Assembly: GCA_965645245.1 (NCBI GenBank)
Contig: OZ287068.1
Span: forward strand, 124,001 to 188,000
From: Massalongia carnosa
Taxonomy: Eukaryota
Length of the DNA: 64,000 nucleotides
Reading direction: 5' to 3'
Positions within the stretch are counted from its first letter, which is position 1. Each line of letters starts with the position of its first letter. Positions 51,901 through 62,713 of this stretch are shown here, piece by piece. The notes under the pieces were generated by a model, which had not been told where the DNA came from, did no database searches, and worked only from the letters and a program-made list of their open reading frames with translations. The position numbers were made by a program, and so were the translations under genes.

Positions 51901-52942
51901 TGATAAAAACGCCGTGCTAAGCGTTGTTTGTCGACTAACCAAGATGAAGCACTTTATTCCCTGCAGAGAAACCACCGACGCTAAGGCCTTGGCTAGACTA
52001 TACGTTGAACATGTCTGGAAACTTCATGGCCTACCCGACTCCATTGTGTCGGATCGAGGAGGCCAGTTCATAGCTGACTTTTGGAAAGCACTATGTGAAC
52101 GACTAAGGATCAACAGTCGGTTATCTACGTCGTTTCACCCGGAAACTGACGGTCAAACGGAACGTTATAATGCAGTCATGGAACAATACCTCAGAAGCTA
52201 TGTGTCTTATCAACAAGATGATTGGACCGACTGGCTACCCATGGCTGAATTCGCTAGTAATAACTCCGACTCCGAGACAACGTCCGTCAGCCCATTCCTT
52301 GCCAACTATGGTTTCCACCCCCGTCTTGGTTTTGAACCTGTTCATCGCGACTCCCCTAATGCCCATGTCATTAGCGCTGACGAATTTGCTTTCAAAATGG
52401 AAAGTATCAGTGAACACCTCGGCGACGAAATGCGCCTAGCTCAAGCACGTTACGAAGCATCTGCTAATGCAAGTAGGACCCCGGCTCCTATGTTTCAGAT
52501 CGGTGACGAGGTATGGTTGGACGCTCGACATATAAAGACCAAACGGCCATCGCGAAAGTTGGACTGGAAAAAGCTTGGAAGGTTCACTATAAAGAAAGTT
52601 GTCAGCAAGTACGCATACGAGTTAGACCTTCCCGCCTCCATGAACGTTCATCCTGTGTTCCATGTCTCCCTCCTAGAACCTGTCTCTCAACACCCCCACG
52701 TCGGCCACATACCCGCTCCTTCCCCTCCTGTCGAAGTTGAAGGTGAAACGGAGTGGGAGGTCGAGGAAATTTTGGACTCTCGTTTCTTCCGAAGACGTTT
52801 ACAGTACCTAATCAAGTGGACTGGTTGGGACGCACCCGACTGGACCGAAGCTAAGGACGTCACCCACTGCTCCGACCTATTGGAAGACTTTCATCGACTG
52901 AGGCCTACCAAGCCCGGTGGTCCTCGCGGAGCTCGGACCTAA
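48950..52942 (+). CDS. pol: Pol of chromovirus 2 (PR-RT-RNaseH-IN-chromodomain), -1 frame relative to gag
   Basis: Open frame with LIDCGASG, YIDD, DDE integrase and chromodomain EWEVEEILDS...YLIKWTGW. Slippery GGGAAAA at 48950-48956. Confidence 0.92.
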   Translation, partial: GKSSVFGLSRGRRQKETISISAFSLSKEPLSEEYLDGRHLVVSLVVSIGTIRIKTYALIDCGASGFAFVDSSFAHHHRIPLALMKNPRILELADGRPVSSGKLTHLARLNLDIASHSEPANLLVTSLGHYPIVLGIKWLQIHDVSIRWAMNSLTFNSPYCRQHCLDNSESNTVIGITNVPELRAEKPLVVESSASPDLTAAITEDPSSEAVRFNRPGRLNRRVNSKSIAIAAPSPILPPTLPVSPILPWTSPVPSLLVPPPTHKNPPLSICMIGAAPFTRLAKKKECELFTVNMRDIEHSLNPKPEVDPATVLPSEYHEFLDVFSKKEADKLPGRRSHDHKIPLMNGKEPTYGPLYGMSRDELLVLQKYLTENLKKGFIRSSSSPAASPVLFVRKPGGGLRFCVDYRALNAITIKNRYPLPLIRETLDRLSKAVIFTKLDIVAAFNRLRVAHGEEWKTAFRTRYGLYEYLVMPFGLCGAPSSFQEYINDVLREYLDIFCTAYIDDILIYSNSLKEHKDHVRKVLMALQKAGLQLDISKCEFHVTETIYLGLIISKDGIRMDPKKIETIQNWNTPENLKDVQAFIGFANFYRRFVKGFSRIAGPLTAMSKKKIPFVWTDDCAKAFEDLKAMFTSDLVLLHFDPDKESVVETDSSDYVNAGVLSQYDDDGVLRPVAFFSRRLSPAECNYEIYDKELLAIIRAFEEWRPELQGAAYPVKVITDHKNLEYFTTTKQLSRRQARWAEYLSRFDFKITYRPGKLGGKPDALTRRSGDLPKEGDVRLEHQNQVVLKPHNFELHANNVPRVTDVSDSEPDIAPDIAPDIAIEPSNLAPALDSEDKSIDELIDLGYEHDPTPNKILTLLRNGARHSKDITLAECEDRNGRLYYKERLYVPDWHELKMRLCKEYHDSPVAGHPGRSKTFSLMARDYYWPRYHQFIARYVQHCHTCSRSKASHHAKYGVLKPLPVPQQRWKDISMDFVTGLPESSDKNAVLSVVCRLTKMKHFIPCRETTDAKALARLYVEHVWKLHGLPDSIVSDRGGQFIADFWKALCERLRINSRLSTSFHPETDGQTERYNAVMEQYLRSYVSYQQDDWTDWLPMAEFASNNSDSETTSVSPFLANYGFHPRLGFEPVHRDSPNAHVISADEFAFKMESISEHLGDEMRLAQARYEASANASRTPAPMFQIGDEVWLDARHIKTKRPSRKLDWKKLGRFTIKKVVSKYAYELDLPASMNVHPVFHVSLLEPVSQHPHVGHIPAPSPPVEVEGETEWEVEEILDSRFFRRRLQYLIKWTGWDAPDWTEAKDVTHCSDLLEDFHRLRPTKPGGPRGART

Positions 52943-53420
52943 AAGGGGAGCTGGTGTCATGGAGTGACTGGGCACCTGCCAGTTAGTTCATTGAATCAAC
53001 CTTAGCTGCTTGAACGAAGCACTAGCCGGTTAGCCGATCCGAAAGGAACTAAGCTTAATCCGGTTCAAAGGTAAGTGTTCCGACTATCAATAGTGTCATG
53101 GCGATAGTTTCATGCTAGGGACTTGGGGAAATTGGATCAACGGCTGGATTGGGACTAGTTCCGTTCGCCAGAGTCTTATACTCGCCCACGTTGGATTTTC
53201 TGTTTCTTTTCTCCTTGTCGAACGTCTTGTCCACCTAGCTAGACAATCAAGTAACACGTTTGCACCACCTGAATTCCTACCTGACCTCGCACCGTGACAC
53301 CACCTCCACCACCTTCTTTGCCCCTTCAACCGTCTCTGTCACCTTTGTTATTGGATGAAGCATGAAGGGGGGTAACAAACATTGTTTTGAAGGACTTACA
53401 GGCCTTCTTTGTGAATTACA

Positions 53421-54310
53421 TGTTAAATAAACAGTTGACGGCATAATTTTGAAATTACTACGGAGGTGACTGCTTATAGCAGTCATGGCAGCCTGCAGGG
53501 CTGAGCTAGAACTAATGGGGCTAAGCGAGTATTCCAACACTCCCCTTCGAGCGTGGCTCCCTTTTCGCCTCCAAAATTGAAACTATCCAGCTTTTATCAC
53601 TCCCTTGCGAAGTGATTCATCCAGCTGTGTCCGATTCTCTCCCCTTGCGGAACGAATCTAGCTCCCTCTGACTACATTTTCCCTAAGCACGTAGTTCTTT
53701 CTTATGTCTTTTGTTGTCCTGCTTTGTAGCCTCATTAAACCCATAACCATCTCTCGAAACGTAGCTTTTGTGAGTGTATGGGTGGATGGGAAGAGTACTA
53801 TGGACGTGTTTTGTTGATGGCCTGAGCAGGGCTTTTCTCGATGTCTCTGTTAGACATTTTCCCGCAGACCATTGACGTTGGTGGCCTGATCGCAGGGCTT
53901 TTATCTCCCCATGCTGATCTGACCAGTAATGCAAGATGTGAAGTCTTCGAGGCACCGCCCGTTGTAGATGTCCTCCTCAGCACGTTTCGTACGTACACCA
54001 CTTTCGATGACGTTTCCGCTTCGTTTCCGCTTCGTTTCTCATCCCTTTCGATGTCGTTTCCGCTTCGTTTTCGCGCTTTCCACGTCTGAACTTTCACCTC
54101 ATCATCTTCTTAATACGACATGATAGTACGTAGTCTATGCATGAAGGATGCCGTCGGAGGGGCGCAAAGCACAAACCCGGGACTCATAACCTGTTAAATA
54201 AACAGTTGACGGCATAATGTTGAAATTACTACGGAGGTGACTGCTTATAGCAGTCATGGCAGCCTGCAGGGCTGAGCTAGAACTAATGGGGCTAAGCGAG
54301 TATTCCAACA
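53421..54310 (-). mobile_element. TRIM-like miniature non-autonomous LTR element (890 bp)
   Basis: 119-bp LTRs 53421-53539 and 54192-54310. TSD ttaca at 53416-53420 and 54311-54315. Minus-strand PBS ggttatgagtcc and PPT gaaggggag. No recognisable retro domains in the 652-bp interior. Confidence 0.92.
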
Positions 54311-55889
54311 TTACAGGGAATTTTTTGAGGACTTTTCGTAGGGGATGTAGACGTTGTAGGGGGGTGGAGCGGTGATACTCTAAATTCAAATTGCTAGCGG
54401 TTCGGGAGTTGGTTCTTTTCGGTTGATACTCGGTAAAGGTAGCGGGGAAGTCAGGTGACAGTCTTTCTTTTAGTTTAGTTATAGATAGTTCTTTTCCTTA
54501 TAGAGCAAGCATGCTCGTAGCAATAGCTACAACACATAGCATCAACACATACAGTTCACAGGCACGAGGCACGAGGCACGAGGCATACAGAGACCAGTCT
54601 AGCTATTGTCCTTATTCTATTGTTCTGTTCTTCTCTTGTTTGTTTGTTCTCTTGCACTCCTAGCAGTAGTGGACCACGCACACCACCCAGTTCATCCTTC
54701 CACATTTGGCGACCACGGTGCGATCTCTATTTGACCGGGAGCAGGAATCAAACGACGAGTCTAGACAGACATGTGAGACAGACAGTAGACTTACAGCGAC
54801 AGCGACAGCGACAGGAAATAGCGACAGGAAACAGCGACAGGAAGCAGCGACAGCGTACAGATATCTAGAGATAGTGGAAAAACGACATACAGTGACCGGA
54901 GAAAGACAGAAAGAACGGGGGCATCCATTTGACCCTGACAACGAGGCACGAACAGACCTCTCAAGAACGCGCGGACTCGGACATAGCGACGGGACGACCC
55001 CATACAGCTTGCGACACGGTGGAGACGGTCTAGGTACTAAAAGAATTGACATCGAGACGAAGAAAGACGGAAAAGTGACGGCATTACGGACCGGACCAAT
55101 CAGGAGCCTCGGAATTGCGACTCGGCAGTTGAAGTCGACAGACTAATCCCGTTTGAGAACATCGCCACATTTAGCGAATGCCTCAATGATTTAGCGACGG
55201 CGTGAGTGCGACAGTGGCAAAAATATAGTGTACCCACAGACATGGGGCCTGAGCGGTATCGCATTCCTGCTAGGAGATTAGCCAGCGTCGGGAACCGAGA
55301 GACAAAACGACACGGAGTAGACATAAAAGTAGCCTCATTTCCCTCCGATGGCAGAATAGCGCAGCCATTCCATTCTACCCATTCGTACAATTCATATCAA
55401 ACTTCCTATTCACCAGTTGACAATACCGAGAGAGAAAGCAGAGCGCATTGCTATAACAGACAACGTCTGCATACGGAGGCGGCACCAGCATCTCTGCACC
55501 ACAGACATTTCGACCTACCTCCACCGTACCAGACACATACTTGTCCTTGTTTGTCATATCATTGTTTCGAGCCGACTAAGCAAGCTCCTATTGGTCATTC
55601 GTCTGCAGGAGAGACGTATACTCATCATCCTGTTTCGCATTGTCATCAATACTATTGTCAGCCGAGTAGTCATATCCCAACCTCTGACGACAAAGAAACA
55701 ACTACCTCACAGCTGACAAAAATCGTTACAAACCTCATTCCTCTTCTTGAGCAACTTGTCATTAGCGTCCGAAACACTAACGAGGCACGTACGCGAACTG
55801 ATAGTCCTGCTCCACCTGCGAGCCGAGATAGTCCATCGACTATCATACCTACAACCGAAGGTCAACCTAGTCACGAGGCAGAGAGCACC

Positions 55890-58262
55890 ATGACCACACC
55901 ATCGTCGACAAGCCCCGAGTCTTTTGGAAATAGACCAGCCATGTCCGCTGGACCCTTTGGATTTGTGATGACCATGCCTCAACCAGGCACTCCTGGCACT
56001 CCATTCTTTCAAGGTAAAAATGTGTCGGAGTTCCTGAGTCGGTACGAGGATATGTGTGAGGACTATCATGTCGGAAACAATGAGAGGATTCGTAGGTTGC
56101 CCCGTTATTGCGACATGCTAATTGGCCAGACCATTGAGTCGCTTCCGGACTTTGTGGAGAGAAGATGGACACAGCTGAGCAAGGTGATGAAGAAAGAGTA
56201 CAAGGCTGGCGATAGCATTCAGCAGGTGAATTCTCGACCGTTTCTGGAGTCATACAAGGACAAAGTACGCACTAGCGACGATGATGTGCGGAACTTCTGT
56301 CGGAAGTTTGGTGCCATATCCAAAGCCCTAATTAGTCAAGAGAAGCTAGACATTTACACACGAAATCAGTGGTTCATGCAAGGTCTTCCTGCTGACATAC
56401 GCGAAGAGTTGTTCTTTCGCCGAGGTGTTGATTTCGACGATAATGTGATGAAGGACTTTGATGGACTGGTGAAAAAGACTCTGACACTAGTAGAGGCGAG
56501 AATGAAATATAAGGAGGTGATGCGGACCGAGAAGAGTGTAACCGATAAATATAGTGCTCTAGCCGACCAGTTCGACAAAAAGATAGTGCTAGACGGTCAT
56601 GAAAATATCATGAACTCGCTTAGTCCACCAGTAGCAGACTCGACTACTGTTAGCCTATCGAAGTCCACGGAGAAAACTATCATGGACCTGACCAATAAGT
56701 TCGATGCATTAGTCCTTGCCACCGGAGCTCAAATGCGACCGGCCAATCAGAATAGTCAGCAGAGTCAGCAGAGTCGGAACCGTTCCCAATCACCACATAG
56801 ACAGTCATCCTATGACGGACAGAGACAACAGCATGACCATCAATATGGTAGCGACGAAAGCTGCAACTATTGTGGAGAGAAGGTACTGCATGACAGGCGA
56901 AGAGACTGTCCAGACTTCGACGCTGACCAAAGGAATGGTGTTATCCATCTGAATGAGAAAGGCCTGCTCTGTCTGGGACCGATGGGTACATATTCCAACC
57001 CAATTCGGCATTTACCGGGTGTGACACAAAAAGAGTCCATTAGACGTGCGAAGATGTTGGCCAATCAATTTAGTCAAGCTGGACAAAATGCCGAAGTGCA
57101 CACGGTTCGAATAGGCGAGGATAGTGCAGATGACTTTTCTTCTGACGAAGAATGGGACCCGGAGGTGACGATCATCGAACATACTACCTCTATCAACTCG
57201 GCTAGGACCGAAAACAATAAACCTGCTGAGGAGAACTGGAAAGAGCCGGCTAAACGAATTCTGAAACGCAGGGCTGAGCGCGAGGACCATTTCGCAGTAC
57301 CGAAAGCACCTAGATATGGCAATTGGAGTCCGCTTCCTACGTCGGTAGAACGTCGGAATGATAGTCTTGACCAATCAAAACCAACCGACAGAGCTTCCGC
57401 GGCAGAACCTCGGGTAACATTTGCTGACCCTATAGAAGAAGATGTGGAAATGACAGAAGCAGGTCTAGCTGGGAAAGGCGGCGGAAAGAAGAAGCCGGGT
57501 ACCGGAGTGCTGAGGGCACCTATTCGTGGAGAAGTTCGAGACGCCATAGAAAAGATAGGTGCAGAAGAATTCCTGAAGATAGCGAGACGAGAGTTCAACG
57601 TGGACTTGATACAGGGCCGCTATCTGCAATCGCTAGCAGCTGGTACTGGAGGACTGACCAATGGCATAATCATAGCCATGTTACCCATGTTTAAATCGGT
57701 AGTTAACAAAGTGACACGAAATACGGAAGCAGAAAGACAGGACGGTCCAACGGTAAAAATCGGCTCTATCGGCATTCGGGATCCACTACTCCGCAGAGCA
57801 TATACAAGGTCGACACCTAAAGCCAAAGTGCGAGTTGGTGATGGAGGCCGATATAAGTCTCTTCTTGACTCAGGTGCCGAAGTGAACGTGATGACATATG
57901 ATGTCGCTAAGCGCGAGGGTCTGGCCATGCGACCTTACCCAAATATCAATCTAATTTCCCATACCGGACATAGAAAGGAATTCCTCGGGGTGTGTGAAAA
58001 CGTGGAGGTTGATATTGGCGGAGTAGCGTCGCTTAACCACATATTTGTCATTGATGCTGCGGACCATCAACTAGTGCTAGGACAACCTTATCTTCACCAG
58101 ATGCGTGTGGGCTTGGACTACCGTAACAACGAGGTAGAATGCACCATACATGCTGAAGATGGGAAACGAACTGCTAAGTTCATAGCGACTTCCGATCCTG
58201 GTAGCAAACTCCATACAGCAGAGGACCTGTTTCCGGAGAACCGAGACGAAACTTTAAACTAG
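55890..58262 (+). CDS. Gypsy 3 ORF1: Gag plus aspartic protease (start uncertain; frame is open from 55206)
   Basis: PFFQGKNVSEFL gag-like start, CNYCGEKVLHDRRRDC knuckle-like motif, protease LLDSGAEVN. First ATGs in frame near the conserved part are at about 55890-55970. Confidence 0.8.
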   Translation: MTTPSSTSPESFGNRPAMSAGPFGFVMTMPQPGTPGTPFFQGKNVSEFLSRYEDMCEDYHVGNNERIRRLPRYCDMLIGQTIESLPDFVERRWTQLSKVMKKEYKAGDSIQQVNSRPFLESYKDKVRTSDDDVRNFCRKFGAISKALISQEKLDIYTRNQWFMQGLPADIREELFFRRGVDFDDNVMKDFDGLVKKTLTLVEARMKYKEVMRTEKSVTDKYSALADQFDKKIVLDGHENIMNSLSPPVADSTTVSLSKSTEKTIMDLTNKFDALVLATGAQMRPANQNSQQSQQSRNRSQSPHRQSSYDGQRQQHDHQYGSDESCNYCGEKVLHDRRRDCPDFDADQRNGVIHLNEKGLLCLGPMGTYSNPIRHLPGVTQKESIRRAKMLANQFSQAGQNAEVHTVRIGEDSADDFSSDEEWDPEVTIIEHTTSINSARTENNKPAEENWKEPAKRILKRRAEREDHFAVPKAPRYGNWSPLPTSVERRNDSLDQSKPTDRASAAEPRVTFADPIEEDVEMTEAGLAGKGGGKKKPGTGVLRAPIRGEVRDAIEKIGAEEFLKIARREFNVDLIQGRYLQSLAAGTGGLTNGIIIAMLPMFKSVVNKVTRNTEAERQDGPTVKIGSIGIRDPLLRRAYTRSTPKAKVRVGDGGRYKSLLDSGAEVNVMTYDVAKREGLAMRPYPNINLISHTGHRKEFLGVCENVEVDIGGVASLNHIFVIDAADHQLVLGQPYLHQMRVGLDYRNNEVECTIHAEDGKRTAKFIATSDPGSKLHTAEDLFPENRDETLN

Positions 58263-61200
58263 CTAGCCACCATGTGCAGAACAGGTCCATGGCTGGTAGC
58301 AGTAATAAAAACCTGGAGAGAGCGAAAGTGTCGAGTTTTAGGGTTGGACTATCGGAGAATAAATCTTCCATTCCATTTAACAGGCCCGGCCTATTAAATC
58401 AAATAGCCCTAACTCCTACAGCGACTAGTGCGGAAGAGGCGGCGATGGACCACTATGTTCGCGCCTTCACACCGTCGCGTGCAATTGGCTCGGTCGGACT
58501 TTCGGCTCTGAGGTTTTCTCGGAAATTCGACATGTACACGATCAATCAGAACAGGGTGTTCGGGCGACGGAGTAGTGTGAGAGTTGATACGGCATACAAA
58601 CGGAAGGCAGTCAAGGTTCGACCAGTGAATTCTGACCAGTCGGATGGCACCATACCTGGTGGAATAGCAGATTGGAAAGCGAAGGCGCTAGAGAAAGAGA
58701 GAGGCCTACCAAAGTCAGAAAAGTTCCCTGATTGGCTAATTCCAAAGTTCTCGACAATATTCAAAGGCTCACGATTGACACCGGAACGGCTGCAGCGAAT
58801 GACAGTGGGCGACAGTATGACGTCTGCTGAGAAAGAAGTGTTGACCCAGATGTTATACAACCGAGAAGCAGCGCTGTCATGGGAGTTTTCCGAGATGGGC
58901 AGAGTCAAACCTGAGGTGTCTCCACCATGTAAAATCAACACTATTCCACATGAGGCATGGCAGACCCCATCATTCCCATTGCCAAGGGCCCTGGTACCGA
59001 TGGTGATAGAGATGCTGAAGGACCGACTGCAGCGAGGAACGTTGGAACCTTGTCATGGTCCCTATCGAAATCCATGGTTCATAGTGAAGAAGAAAGAGAA
59101 AAATAAGTACCGATTAATTAATGCGGCCCTAGACATGAACAAAGTGACCATCCGAGACGCAAATCTGCCACCTTCGGTAGACGAATTCTCAGAGGACTTT
59201 GCTGGCTGCCACATCGCTTCCTTGATCGACTTGTTTTCAGGATATGACCAAATGGAACTCGATGTTCATAGTCGAGACATGACCGCCTTCATGACACCAA
59301 TAGGACTATTGCGAATGACATCTATACCAATGGGAGCTACCAATTCGGTTGCACAGTTCGTACGGGTAGTGACAAAGATACTGCAGGACCACATTCCGAA
59401 CCGTGCTAAACCTTTCCTTGATGACATCGGAGTGAAGGGGCCGAAGACTGATTATGGTGGTGAAGAAGTGGCACCGGGCATCAGAAAGTACGTGCTTGAA
59501 CATCTCATGTGGCTAGATGGGGTACTCGCGGACATAGAAAGGGCTGGATGCACTATCTCCGGAGAAAAGTCGCAATTTTGCATGGCCGGTCTGAAGATAG
59601 TAGGATTTGTGACCGACTCCGATGGTAGACATCCGGACACCGCTAAGGTTATCAAAATTCTAGAGTGGCCGATATGCACCGACGCTTCTTCCGCTCGTGC
59701 TTTTATAGGTGTGTGTGTGTACTATCGCATATGGATATTGGACTTTGCCATTGTTGCTGAACCAATATATCGTCTGCTGAAGAAAGATGCTGCTTTTGTA
59801 TGGGGCATGGAACAAACCGAGGCAATGGACTTGCTGAAGATAGCTCTGACATCTCCGCCAGCACTAAAGACCATTGACTATAGCGAGCTAGCTGGACTTA
59901 TCATATTGGCTGTGGATGCGAGTTTGAAAGGATGGGGCGCTGTACTGATGCAAATCTTTGATGGCAAGCGTCACCCCATTCGGTACGAAAGCGGAGTATG
60001 GAGCGAGGTGGAACAGCGATATGATGCAACCAAGCGAGAGTGTCGAGGCGTTCTAAAGGCATTGAAAAAGACAAGGCACTGGCTATATGGAGTTCACTTT
60101 GTGTTGGAGACAGACGCCAACGTCCTAGTGGCGCAATTGAATGGAGCTTGTACCGATTTGCCTGGTGCTCTGATAGTCCGATGGATAGCATGGATACGAC
60201 TGTTTGACTTCGAGGTCAAACATGTTGCTGGCCGAAAACATACGGCAGCAGATGGACTGTCTAGACGACCTCATACTGAGGAAGAAATTCGGGCCGAACA
60301 GCAGGAGCAAGACATAGACGACTTCATAGATGCCGAACTGAATTCACTAAGGGCCTGTCCAATTTCCGTTAACTCCGCAGACGAGGTGCCAGACGAAAAA
60401 GTGCTAAAGGCCGGATATAGTGATAAGTCCGAGAGAATCGCTGCATTTCTAACATCACTACAAAAGCCGGTTGGACTAAACCGCAAAGAGTTTAGAGCGT
60501 TTAAGAGCGAGGCCTTGCGCTATCGAGTACAAGATGGCCATCTTTATAGACGAAACAGCAAGAACGTACCTTCCAGGAGAGTGATAGACTCCGATGAGCG
60601 GAAGTTGGAAATATTGAAACAGCTGCATGACGAAAGTGGACATAGAGGCAGAGAGGGCACATACAGACGCATAGCAGACAGGTACTGGTGGGAACAATTG
60701 CACGATGATGTAAAAGGCTATGTTCGGTCCTGCGAGGAATGTCAGAAACGTGACCCCACTAGGCTCGAGGAAGCACTTCATCCGACATGGGTTACCTTCA
60801 TGTGGCAGAAGGTTGGCTTAGACGTGGTCCACATGCCAGCTTGTCGAGGCAAGCACTATATTGTTATGGCCAGAGATGACTTTTCCGGATGGGTCGAGGG
60901 TAGAGCACTAGGAAAAGCTACCGCTCAGAATGTCGCGAGATTCTTGTGGGAAGATGTTATATGCAGACATGGGTGCTTCGGAAAACTGATTGTTGATGGT
61001 GGACCAGAAAACAAAGATGCTGTTATCGAATTAGCAAATCGATATGGTATCAAAAGAGTAGTTGTTTCTGCCTATCATCCGCAAGCCAATGGCATGATAG
61101 AACGGGGACATCGGCCAGTTGTTCAAGCATTATCCAAAATGACAAATGGAGGCATGGGCAAATGGGTTGATAATCTTCCTGCAGTACTATGGGCCGACCG

Positions 61201-61840
61201 TACAACAGTTCGTGCTAGCACCGGCAACACACCTTTCTATCTGAATAGCGGCAATGAGGCTGTTCTACCAATTGAACTGGAAATTCCAACATGGAGAATA
61301 TTACCATGGAATGAAGTTCATACAACAGACGAATTGCTAGCTATGCGTGCGAGACAAATACAGCGAAGGGATGAAGACATGGAAGAGACAGCTTTATTCC
61401 TGCAAAGACAAAGAATGGAAGGCAAAGAGACCTTTGACACTCTGAACAATCTGAGATCAATTGAACTCACCGAGGGTCAATTAATTCTTTTGCACGACAC
61501 TAAATTAGACAATCAGCACACAGGCAAACTAACGTTCAGGTGGTTGGGACCATATAAAATTCAACAAACAATTGTTGATAAGGGAACTTACAAACTATGT
61601 GAACTAGACGGCACCCTATTAGCTGGAACCTTTGCAGGAAATCGACTGAAACCATTTCATGCTCGGCAAAATATTAACTTACCTCCGATAGAAGAACCTG
61701 AGCAACATAATAGTCAGGGGCCGACTATAAACCATGGGGGGGACGAGGACGACCGACAGTCCATGATTCCACCTGGCTGGCCAATGGCAGTAGTGATTCC
61801 TAGCAGACGTGCTGATGCGATGGAGACGGTGGAAAATTGA
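58253..61840 (+). CDS. pol: Gypsy 3 ORF2: RT-RNaseH-integrase, -1 frame
   Basis: DLFSGY, FLDD, AVDAS, ADGLSR, HHCC and DDE integrase, WLGPY. Slippery TTTAAAC at 58253-58259. Confidence 0.9.
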   Translation, partial: FKLASHHVQNRSMAGSSNKNLERAKVSSFRVGLSENKSSIPFNRPGLLNQIALTPTATSAEEAAMDHYVRAFTPSRAIGSVGLSALRFSRKFDMYTINQNRVFGRRSSVRVDTAYKRKAVKVRPVNSDQSDGTIPGGIADWKAKALEKERGLPKSEKFPDWLIPKFSTIFKGSRLTPERLQRMTVGDSMTSAEKEVLTQMLYNREAALSWEFSEMGRVKPEVSPPCKINTIPHEAWQTPSFPLPRALVPMVIEMLKDRLQRGTLEPCHGPYRNPWFIVKKKEKNKYRLINAALDMNKVTIRDANLPPSVDEFSEDFAGCHIASLIDLFSGYDQMELDVHSRDMTAFMTPIGLLRMTSIPMGATNSVAQFVRVVTKILQDHIPNRAKPFLDDIGVKGPKTDYGGEEVAPGIRKYVLEHLMWLDGVLADIERAGCTISGEKSQFCMAGLKIVGFVTDSDGRHPDTAKVIKILEWPICTDASSARAFIGVCVYYRIWILDFAIVAEPIYRLLKKDAAFVWGMEQTEAMDLLKIALTSPPALKTIDYSELAGLIILAVDASLKGWGAVLMQIFDGKRHPIRYESGVWSEVEQRYDATKRECRGVLKALKKTRHWLYGVHFVLETDANVLVAQLNGACTDLPGALIVRWIAWIRLFDFEVKHVAGRKHTAADGLSRRPHTEEEIRAEQQEQDIDDFIDAELNSLRACPISVNSADEVPDEKVLKAGYSDKSERIAAFLTSLQKPVGLNRKEFRAFKSEALRYRVQDGHLYRRNSKNVPSRRVIDSDERKLEILKQLHDESGHRGREGTYRRIADRYWWEQLHDDVKGYVRSCEECQKRDPTRLEEALHPTWVTFMWQKVGLDVVHMPACRGKHYIVMARDDFSGWVEGRALGKATAQNVARFLWEDVICRHGCFGKLIVDGGPENKDAVIELANRYGIKRVVVSAYHPQANGMIERGHRPVVQALSKMTNGGMGKWVDNLPAVLWADRTTVRASTGNTPFYLNSGNEAVLPIELEIPTWRILPWNEVHTTDELLAMRARQIQRRDEDMEETALFLQRQRMEGKETFDTLNNLRSIELTEGQLILLHDTKLDNQHTGKLTFRWLGPYKIQQTIVDKGTYKLCELDGTLLAGTFAGNRLKPFHARQNINLPPIEEPEQHNSQGPTINHGGDEDDRQSMIPPGWPMAVVIPSRRADAMETVEN

Positions 61841-62197
61841 CATATCCGACTACCTATATCGAACGAATTTCCTTAGTAAAATGCATATTGTCAGCGGAGG
61901 AAGCACACGAACCTTCGGAATAGTTTCATTTCACACTTACCAAAATTCACCGAAAACTTCACCAACCTTAGTCGAAATTGCCATCTTCCGAATCCTCACC
62001 TCCATGTTTTACCTTTTCCATACTACCAGAACTCAGCAAATTATCTAGCTTTTACTACCTACCTGATCAGCACATATACTATCTTCCTATCAGCAAACAT
62101 CTCTGCTAAGCTCAACTTCTTATCTAAGCGAAAGTCAGCAAGCTACTCGATAACTTGGAACAATTTATCTTACCTTACTTGCCTTACATCTTTTGGC

Positions 62198-62713
62198 ATG
62201 TCTTTCCAATTAGTCATTGTCCTAGGAAATGACCGCTTCCACCACATGACAGACGCACTAGCTTTTCTTGAGACATTGACCCCAGCAGACCGATACGAGG
62301 GACAGAGGACCATAGAATCGCAGCTAATAGAGTTTCAGCATATGCTAGGGGATAGCATAATGGACTATTATGACTATGTCATACAGAATGATGCCTGGGC
62401 CTCGGTGATGAAAGAAGAAGAGTTCAAAGCTCAACGAGAAGATGTTATTGAGGAGGTGGATATGGTCCAACTGTCACGGGCAGTTGGAGAATGGAGGAAT
62501 CGGACATTAAAGGAGGCCATTATTATGTTTCAGCATGTGAAGAAAGCAGAGGAAGAGGACTTTGGGACTAGGTCATCTTTTCGGTTAAAGCGAGAGTCAC
62601 ATGGCAGGCCTATTCCTCACATCTCTGATGACATTGATACGACTCCGGGACCCGAGCTGGATGAGGAGGAGTTAGTGTTTGCTGAGGCCGGAATGAAGCG
62701 AACGCTGGAGTAG
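62198..62713 (+). CDS. Gypsy 3 extra ORF3, hypothetical acidic protein (171 aa)
   Basis: ATG-initiated open frame between pol and the PPT. No recognised domain. Confidence 0.5.
   Translation: MSFQLVIVLGNDRFHHMTDALAFLETLTPADRYEGQRTIESQLIEFQHMLGDSIMDYYDYVIQNDAWASVMKEEEFKAQREDVIEEVDMVQLSRAVGEWRNRTLKEAIIMFQHVKKAEEEDFGTRSSFRLKRESHGRPIPHISDDIDTTPGPELDEEELVFAEAGMKRTLE

Larger units (their letters stand above)
47436..53299 (+). mobile_element. Ty3/Gypsy chromovirus 2, apparently intact
   Basis: 345-bp LTRs 47436-47780 and 52955-53299 with no difference seen by eye. TSD ccacc at 47431-47435 and 53300-53304. PPT aaaaggggag. Confidence 0.97.

Noticed and set aside
55206..55889. His/Cys-rich N-terminal 230 aa of Gypsy 3 ORF1
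   Set aside because: Non-ATG start, no recognisable domain; probably leader sequence, although the open frame means an extension cannot be excluded.
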